Below are positions 25,601 to 64,000 of a stretch of DNA of 64,000 nt, one piece after another. The position numbers were made by a program, and so were the translations under genes. Under the pieces are notes generated by a model that was not told the DNA's origin, did no database searches, and saw only the letters and a list, made by a program, of their open reading frames with translations. The DNA lies in NCBI RefSeq assembly GCF_006345805.1, contig NC_042999.1, positions 169,694,001-169,758,000 on the forward strand. Direction: 5' to 3'. The DNA comes from Octopus sinensis (taxonomy: Eukaryota). Every line of letters begins with the position of its first letter. The first letter of the stretch is position 1.

Positions 25601-27948
25601 CTAAAGAAAATAAAAATGAAATGAGAAAAGAGAAGTCTACAGTAGTTCTGCTTGTGATAAGTTGGTTTTTGTACGTCATCCTAACTGAAGGAGTGAGAAA
25701 GGCTTCTTGAAGAAATTAATATAAAAGAAACAAACAATAAGATAAAACTTATTAACTTGGAGAATAAAATATTTCATATCTAAGGTTTAAATGTAGATTT
25801 ATATAATCAAAACATGTCTTCTTTTACCAAATATGCAAAAATTGTTATTGCATATTTTTTCCTTGAGAGTATATATACCATGAGACACTGAATATAATAG
25901 CTTTTACAAATCACATAATTAGAAATTCCATCCCTTCTAATACTTAAAGTAAAGCACCTTCAGATTTGACTTGTAGTCTGTCATTAATACTTTGTAGTTC
26001 AGTAGACCGAAGTAAGATAGGTCTTTTGATATATTAATAAACATCAATGGATTATACAAGAAGTTTTTAGCCTTAACTTCAAAGATAAAAAGTCAAAAAA
26101 TGTTTGATACAACCTAAATAGATAAAAGGGGAAAAGATAAAGTATTAGAAAGGGAAAAGTAAAAGGAGAAGCAGTGATTGTTTTTGTAAAGCCTGGATGG
26201 GTAACGGCAGTCAAGTTGGGAAAGAAAGAGGCAGCAAGCAGAAATGAGAAGAGAAATATGGAAAGTTTTCAAGAATTGCTTTATTTGTTACAGAATATTT
26301 CACAGAAACGGTTTCTCTGATAGAAATCAGATATAATTGGAGCGAATATTTTTTTTCTAGATTGAATAATTTTCAAGCAAATTAGATAACCTTTCTCCCA
26401 GACTAATATGTTTTCATTCTAATTCTAGGTTTAAAAAATATTTCCTCAAAGATGAAAAAAGTACAAAATATAAGCTAATGATTAAAATAATTAAAATATA
26501 ATTTATATCAAATATTATTTCTTGTTTTTTTTTTTTTTTTAAAGTGGTACTGATAATTTTAATTATTTATTTAAATTACAAACTCCTGTTTACTAACAAA
26601 ACAGTTAACAGAAAACTATCCTATCAGTCAGAGTATTGTACAGAAATACATGTAAAACGATTTGGAATAAATGAAATATAAACAGATCTTTATTGTATTA
26701 AACTAATTATAGCCATTAATTTAGACAAGTAATTATCGTGTGATTTATTAAAAAGGGAAATGATGATGACACCTAACAAGTTTATCATAAAAACAAACTT
26801 TCTAACAGAAAGTTTCCTAAAATTTTGTTCATTCTGCTCATCTTCTATTTTGGCTTTCATTCCTTTTAGAATTGATCACAAAAATCTATTAACAACTTAT
26901 AACAATATCACAGATAAGCAAGTAACAACTATGTAAAATTAAATAGAAGATATGTTTGAAACATTTACTTTTGTTTCTATATAAGTTATTCATCACGGGT
27001 ATCAATAAATGAAAGCAAGCTAGTAAATATATTTCATTTGATATTAAAAACATCAATTATTCCTAAAGTCAATTTCAAACTTTTAGTCGTTAACACCTTG
27101 CAAATTACGCTGCTTCTTTTGGTTTTCATCTAAAATCATTTTTGCAAATTTATTCTGATTCATAATAATTTGTCAAAAATATCAATTCTCTAAAGAGCTG
27201 ATGATTAATTTGAAATACTTTGATGCATTTTTAAACACAATGTTACAGCAATTGTGAAAAAGATCAATGTTAAAAGCATACAAAGTATCCCTATAAGAAT
27301 TCTTTGATCTTAGAATACGTAATTAAGATTCAATTAAAACTAAATTTCATTAAATCATAAAAAAATACAAAAGTATAAAATGTAGCATTGTGTTAAAACA
27401 AATCGAATTAGAAAACTAAATAATTTATAATTGAAAGACTATTTAAAATGTAACAATTTAAAAAAATCAATAGTTTCTTAACTTAAATGAAACCCCTTTA
27501 AATAAACATATACAAATGAGATCAGCAAAAAGCAAATAGGCAAGGATGAAAATAACAAAACAAGGTTAAAGATGAATACAACTTGGAGGTAAAATTTTGG
27601 TTTGGCGATGGAATACTAATAGTTATCAATTTTAAATTCCGCTTGTCTTTTACTAAGCATTTTAGTAAAATTATCATGAATAAGTTACAATTTTAAATAA
27701 AACTTGAAACCAATATGCTTCGAGACAATTTTGATGACTTTTAGAATTAAAGTGGCTAATAAACACTGCATTATAAATCTACCCCGTTTTGAGACATTTT
27801 TCTATAAGAAATTCGAAATAATCTTTAAAAATTGTTAGTAACATAATTTAAAGGATGTGAACATTATTTGAGGATATAGATAGAATATATTTAACAATTT
27901 GAAAAATATATTTCAAATAAATAGAGTTATTATATTCAAAATTCCAAG

Positions 27949-27999
27949 TCAATAAAACTGTTCTTCTTGATGCTGTAAATCTAAATCAGAAAAATGTTC
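27949..27999 (-). CDS. Candidate alternative PFK terminal exon EHFSDLDLQHQEEQFY*
   Basis: Acceptor ttgctttccccttcag, phase 0, 105-nt intron back to the GAG/GTAGAA donor at 28104. No transcript evidence. Confidence 0.5.
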   Translation of the reverse strand, partial: EHFSDLDLQHQEEQFY

Positions 28000-28080
28000 C
28001 TGAAGGGGAAAGCAACAGTTTTCAAACAAAAAATATCCAAAACAAAGATAAATGTCTGATAAATATAGGGAGAAAGGTAA

Positions 28081-57417
<29,337 letters not shown>

Positions 57418-57824
57418 CTTTAAAGAAGAAGAACAATACAATTGAATTTTAAAAGTCATAATTATAAAATTATCAATGAAATAAATACAAAGTTAATTTT
57501 TTCTACTATATGTTGAATACATGGCTGTCTTTATTATCGAATTATTAGATTCAATCCTAGCATTATATTTAATCATCCACAAAGAAAATTCAGTTTAAAA
57601 AATATTACAAATATAGGTATTACCAGACCAGGTACTGTAAGTCATTCAATCTGCAAAAAATAGCAGCTAAAGCTCCCTCAAATCACACCAACTTAAACAA
57701 AGGAAAGATATACGGGATAATAGAGTCAAATACTTGATGAAAAGGTGGGATGGTCAGGACTAGAATGCCATTGGTCATAAGATGTCTTGCAAACAACTTG
57801 CACATGCAAGTGCTACCAGTTAAA

Positions 57825-58297
57825 AGCTCCGTATATCGGAAGCTAGCAAGTGTATGGGGTCATCAGGAGAGAATGCGCGCCGTTTTGGGGCCTACCTCTC
57901 GACGGAATCAATGCTCACCGGCCCCCCTCACTGATATGAGGCCCCGCTTGCTAGATCAGCTGGTTATGAAATTAAACTCAATATCCTTCTAGCCATCGCT
58001 CATCGTCTCTTTTTAACCAAATCCAGTGGCTAGCCTTCTCCACTGTAGATTGGATATCAGACTTTACGATGAGTTAGGCCTAGCGATAACAACAGTCGTC
58101 TCACGCTGTGTCCTACAAACCCTCTACATCCGACTTCGATAGGAAAATGTTCCGCTTTCCACCCTGCGTCTTCACATTCCTCGAGGAGGTTTTCATAACG
58201 GTTTAATTTTCGAGCTCGAGCGGCGTCCATATTATCTTCGTGAGGAACCGTTAGCTCGACTATATTTACAACTTTCTTTCTTTCACACCACATCAAC
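57825..58297 (-). mobile_element. RLE-type non-LTR retrotransposon 3' end (HERO-like)
   Basis: IVELTVPHEDNMDAARARK..Y..L..EC..AGW..FPIEVGCRG, then ASHWIWLKRD after a frameshift; GC-rich 3' UTR. Confidence 0.8.
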
Positions 58298-60872
58298 TAA
58301 AGACTTCCAAACTCCATTTACATTTTCATCATAAGCCTTACTTTTACTGACACTATACAAGTCACCAACTTCTTTCATAGAACTTCTCAAATTCTATTTT
58401 TTTTAACAAAATAAAATATATAATATTTTTACTAAGAGATATACAATAATGAATTGGTAAATGATATGATTTTAACTAGAGAGCAATTGTTTCAATTAAT
58501 AAAATAATTACTTTCCTTCATGACACTACTATTGAAACGATGGTGACAAGTTAATAGTTGGTCATTTTCTTTTTTTTTTTTGGTGAGTGACAGTTTCATT
58601 GGTGACATACTTTCAATAGGCCACTCACCATTTCATTGCAATTTTGAAGGTGAGAATAACAAAAGAATACTCAGGCAAAACATTCCCAGTGTGTGGTCCA
58701 TGGTTGTGAAATGGAGTTCTTAACAGTCATGCGAGCATTCATAATTAGTCATAATTTTAATCTCCATATCTCGAGTTTATTCTTTGCAGTCAGTCATTTT
58801 TTTTAGCTTTGAGATTATCCTAGTATCACTCATAAAAAGTTTATATATTTTAAGATAGGGGAATGACAAATCAGAGTCATCAAAGCCAAATGACAAATTA
58901 ATAAGTTTGTTTTGATTTAATCCCCAAGTTAAGCTATGATATAGGAATAAAGATCATCATTGTAAATAAACTCCAACTATGCTAAAATATTGTTCACTTT
59001 GCTAAAATAATAAGATTAACTATTTAAATATGGAAACTAAAGCATACTAGTTTTTTTCTTAAAAGCTAGAAAATACTTGGTTTCTCACAGTTTTTGACTC
59101 TACATAGTCCAGGTGAGGCTTTTAGTAGAATATTTCACTCCACATCTTGGAAGTCCTGCTGCTCCACACCTGAACATCCTATCCTGCAACCCCACTAAAA
59201 AGCTATTCGACTGATTGGCATCAAGTCATTCACCAACACATTTCAACCTCTTACTCAGATGCACTCTCACCTCACCCTACCTTTACCGTCATTATTGTTT
59301 AATGTCCAGTCTCCATACTGGCATGGATTGAATGGTTTGGCATGGACTTGGCTTGTAGGAAGCTGTCCTGACTCCAACTGTCTGTTGTGGCATGGTTTCT
59401 ATGGCTGGATGAGGCCCTTCCTAATGCCAACCACTTCACAGAGTGCACTGGGTGCGTTTACGCAGCACCAGCATGGGTGTGTTCGATGCAGCCCTGGCAT
59501 GGGTGCTTTTCAAGTGGTCCTGGCACCACTTAAAAAGTACCTGTGTCGATGCAGTATTAACGCACTCATTGCATAAACACAGCACAGGTGTGTTCTAATA
59601 ATATAATGACCTCAGCTCCTCAGAATAAGCTGGTTGTATATCACCTGCACCAAAACTCACTCGAGATGAGTTCCTCTCATCGTCCATAGTTTTTCCTCAA
59701 ACCAAGTTTCACATTAATCACTTTCTACAAAGTGTCAGGGCTCTGGAATTCCTTCCCTGCCCATGTTTTCCCTAAGATGAACATAACTCTAGATCATGGG
59801 TCCAGTTACTTCCATTAAACAAAATAAATGAATAATAAAATGACAGAAAAAAAAAGAAATTTGAGTTATCAGATTTACAAACTTTGAATTTACTTCTGGA
59901 TTCAATTTATAAATAAAATGCTTCAATAATCTAAATACACTTAATTGAATGACAGTCTAAAAAGGGATATTATAATTAAAAATAAATATACAACATTGCA
60001 TTTGTTATTTACAGTCATCATCAAACTCCTAAAACATTCCCATAGTTATTATCAAGCTAACTAAAACATCACTTGAGCTAAACATAAATTACCCACATTC
60101 ATCAATAAAAGTCATTTCAATGCTTAGAATTAGATTTTATCATTAACAATCGATATTTCTTCATGGTTAATGCATTTTAGACTTTCACCACATGTGATGT
60201 TATATACAGAACCTGATGAATCGTTGGCATCAATATCTACTACAGCTATCATTTGGTGAGAGCCTTAATCCATTGCTCAATTTAACACCACTATCTGGCT
60301 CTAAATTTACTAAAAGCACAGTTTTTCGGGGATTCTATGTTGCAAGCATTTTGGAACAGGTCTGGAAACAGAGCATAAATCAATATCTAGGTTGTGTTCC
60401 TTTCCACTGTAGTAAATTCATGACTTAGGGTTATCTTGGAAATCCTGTAAAAAAGCAAGGGTAAGACAAGTCCTTTTATTGTCCCTTTTTCCATTCAAAT
60501 ATTTCATTTTTTTCTTAAATTGCATGGTGTATTCAATGAAACATGCAACCTTACTTAAAATGATGATATTCTGTGCAATAACATTTTTTTATGTTGGCCA
60601 TTAAGGTGTAAATCTGTTTTGAAGAATATCAGATAAATTGTTACATACAATAATACATTTTCTAGAATTTACATTTAAATTTATTTTAATACTCAAAGCA
60701 AAAAAAAAAAAAAGGGAAAAACCTGATTAACTATTCCCTGTATAAATATAGTTTTAGGAAGTTCATTGTGTCACACAGAAATGTGAATGTGTAATAACAA
60801 GAGGAAAAAGGAGAAATGTGCTACGTGAGATTATATGAAGAAATCTAGAACAAGCGGCCATGTTTTAAAACC

Positions 60873-60976
<104 letters not shown>

Positions 60977-63900
60977 AGAATAAATAAATATTTTGTTGCT
61001 GTATTTAAATCCTCCTGTCAATGGCACTTGCAGAGGGATTAGTCTGGTAGACCTACTTGCCTTAAACATTGTGGAAAGAAAGTACTAAAGAGGTACTGTT
61101 ACAACTAATTAGTAGCTTATGTGACTTGTAGATCTTATATTTGGTAGATTCAGGAAGTTTCAAGAGATTTTTATCAATAAATTATTGGATAATAATTCAA
61201 GTCAAAATGCACAGTGCAAAACAATTGTTTGCCAAATTAATTATCTCCTTAATTAACACATTTTTATGCAGTCTTATTGATAATTCATTAAACTAACAGG
61301 ATATATTAAACCAGTAATGAACCTTACAAAACTAATCCAGAAAAATAATTTCCTTATGTGCATTCAACACATTGTTTAGCTCTAGGTCAGCTCTGATAAA
61401 AAGCTGTCTGGGAGCAAGGTATTCCAGCTGTGATCATTCCATTTCCTTTTTTTTTTTTATTCACACATCAACACAATGTTTGTTTATGTGTACGTGAGAG
61501 AGAGAGCGTATGCATTTGTAAAAGTTTGAAAGAGAAAGTAGTCTGTTGGTAGGGAGAAAAGAGAGCAATTTCAGGAATTTTTTCAGCAGAATTTATGATA
61601 TTTTCACAGGCATAAATTAGTAAAGCATTATTTTTAAGATTTATTTTTAGTTTTTGTTTGCTTTGAAAATAATTGAGAATTTAGAAAGTTTCAGTAAATG
61701 GACTAAAATGTTTTAAAGAAGGTACAAAAGATTCTTATTTAAATTATGATGGCAGGTTTTAAGAGTTACAGAAATGATACCACTATTCACTGTTAGAAAG
61801 GGTACAAAAGGAAATGGCAATAGGATTTTCTTGTGATAATGTTTATAGTGAGAGCAGAATCCGAGGTGCCAATCTATGAGTTGTCAATAGCGTGAAGTCA
61901 GGCATTTTCCGTACCAGTCTCAATAATTTTTTAAAGTAGTAATAGCTTTTTGAAAAATGAGAAAAGTGGTGTATTTATCAGAAAATGTATCATTCATTTG
62001 CTGTAACAAACTAGCAACAATATTTCTTTTTCCGGTTCCTTATTTGAAGTTGGAACTTTACTGATTGTTAAGAGGAAATAACTTATCAGGACCAGGTGTT
62101 ACTTCATGGTCTTGAACATAATAACAAAGGAAATTGATACTGGTTTACCTCAAAATATATGTCTTTTGTGCAAAACAGAAATGTCTTTAGATCTTTGGCT
62201 TGATGGTCAATAGAATTACAGCACAGAATAAGGTCATCCTTACATAAATAGATGAATTTATGGTTATTCAATGAGATGATGTGTTTTGTCACTTGTTGGA
62301 AACATGTGTCATTGCATTCAGAAGGCAACTAGAAGTCCTGTAGACTGATAGAATTGCTCTAAAGCTTGAAAATCAGTTTAAGGACAGTCTTTAACTGCCA
62401 GTGGTAGTTGTTAGTTGGTATGCATTACAACTTCCTTGACAGTATGTACTAGTAACTAGTCAATGACAAACAGGTAAAAACATCAAGATCATAAAATACT
62501 GACAATGGTTGAGAAACCAATTTCAAGGTGTTCTTTCTGATTCTTGTTTCTTCTTGTAACCTGATCTCTTCAAGAGGAGTTACTTGGTTTCGTGATGCCT
62601 TCTTTGATTAGGTTTTATTCATTTGCAATTGTTCACAGAATATTTTCAAACAGTTATATCAATGGGTTTTGCATTTGGAGTTAAATTAGTAACAGGTGTA
62701 AAGAATGTTGGGACATGAAATCATCCAAGTGTTAAATCTGAGAAGAGATGATATATAAATAGTGACTAGTCTTTATACAACTCAGTATACCAAATACCCA
62801 TTTTACATATCGCCATAATTCCTGATCTCACTTGTATTGCTGTTTATATTCAACCCCAGCCAAAAAACTCCTTCCGAGAAGTTGCTGAAATAGTATCCTG
62901 TTTGACGTTCTTTCTAACAATAGCATCATTTACAAAGCTAGCATTCTTTTAAGCTAAGGTCAATGCTTTGGCTCAAATTCGGTGTTTTATTTTCAGGTAA
63001 TCTTGCAGAAAAAGAAAAAAACCCACACATTATGGAATTTTACATATACTGTTCCAACAACAGTCATTAAATTGCATTCTTTAGTCAGAAGTTTTAAGGC
63101 ATGGAGCATTTGATCTCAGAAGTAAATTTGGTGTTACTTGTGTGTTAGGTGTTGATGTCTCACAAAAACCTCAGTTACCAGTTCGGGGAATTTATCATAT
63201 TCTCAAGAGTATCACAATATGTGATAATAGTTGAAGAGATAATAATTTTCAAACTAGCAGACATTGATTGAGAAAGATGTAGAGTACATATCCATATCCA
63301 ACTAATTGAATGAGTTGTTGTAAAAAGCAACAATGAGAGATTTGTAGACCAAAGACTTTAATTCAACAAATGATGCTGCAACTCAGTACTTAAGGAACTA
63401 TTAAAGGCACTCAGAATCATATCAAAGAAGATCTGCATGATTAAGCATATTACTGTAAGTTTTTGATGACAAATACATTTGTGTGATAAATGCTTTAAAC
63501 AACCTTAACTAATGAGCTACATAACCAAAATTGACTGTGTAATAATGATCGTCTTCGGTTTTCATGGGACATGAAGTATCCTGACAAATTTTGATTATCT
63601 TTTTTTTACAAAGTGTGTAGTCACAGAAACCAAGAACTATATCATTTTATTGATTCACTGTGCCAAAAGACTTAGTGAATAGATCTATTGCACATGTTAA
63701 CACCTACATATATCCAAAACTTTGTAAATGGCATGTTTTACCAGCAGTAATGTGTATATGCGCTCATGTGGATGACTGTATACAAGTGTGTTTTATGTTG
63801 TAAGAGACATAAATATATGTGCATACAGTGTGAGCTTATACTGCATATGTGTGAATGCGCATATGCATAAGGTGCCAATAGCATATATATCTATCTATTT

Positions 63901-64000
63901 ATGTTCTTCTTCAGGAATTCAAGTCACTTGCTAACAAAGTAACAACATTCCTTGAGTTAAGACAGTTCTCAGGGTTTCTAAACATGTGCTTCAGTTAGTG

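Noticed and set aside
25945-26015. RSTELQSIND resembling KVTELESIEN, a possible duplicated exon
   Set aside because: No credible acceptor, and a 5-of-6 residue match is expected by chance over several kb
57850-57900. CTGATGA in the RLE element 3' UTR as a hammerhead ribozyme core
   Set aside because: No correctly placed GAAA or three-stem topology could be built

Overview
AT-rich, repeat-dense eukaryotic genomic DNA. The SINE/RTE/MITE repertoire and microsatellite load look like an octopus (coleoid cephalopod) genome; this is an inference from repeat families. There is no prokaryotic content and no CRISPR array. The main feature is a minus-strand ATP-dependent 6-phosphofructokinase (PFK) gene. 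I traced 20 coding exons (57417 down to 28081) with canonical GT-AG boundaries and fully consistent phases, giving about 755 codons. The first coding exon (TSGGD motif) is not in the window. The introns and flanks hold RTE, CR1 and RLE (HERO-like) LINE fragments, a mariner with both TIRs, a Helitron relic, TTAA-flanked MITEs, many tRNA-derived SINEs, a 2.3-kb compound satellite and one tRNA-Asp(GTC) gene. The most interesting signal is at the PFK 3' end. An in-frame GT donor 7 codons before the stop is phase-compatible with several small downstream exons spread over 17 kb (27949-27999, 25533-25600, 16106-16169, 13576-13657, 11167-11229). Together these would give PFK a set of alternative C-terminal regulatory tails, one ending in a basophilic kinase-like motif (LRQRFSFA). 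This is a prediction from splice signals only. Other notable items are a 6-kb mirror-image RTE/SINE structure with a possible gene-conversion tract, and a terminator-less tRNA gene positioned to read through into a SINE. Most long ORFs in the supplied track are spurious (microsatellites or antisense TE frames).
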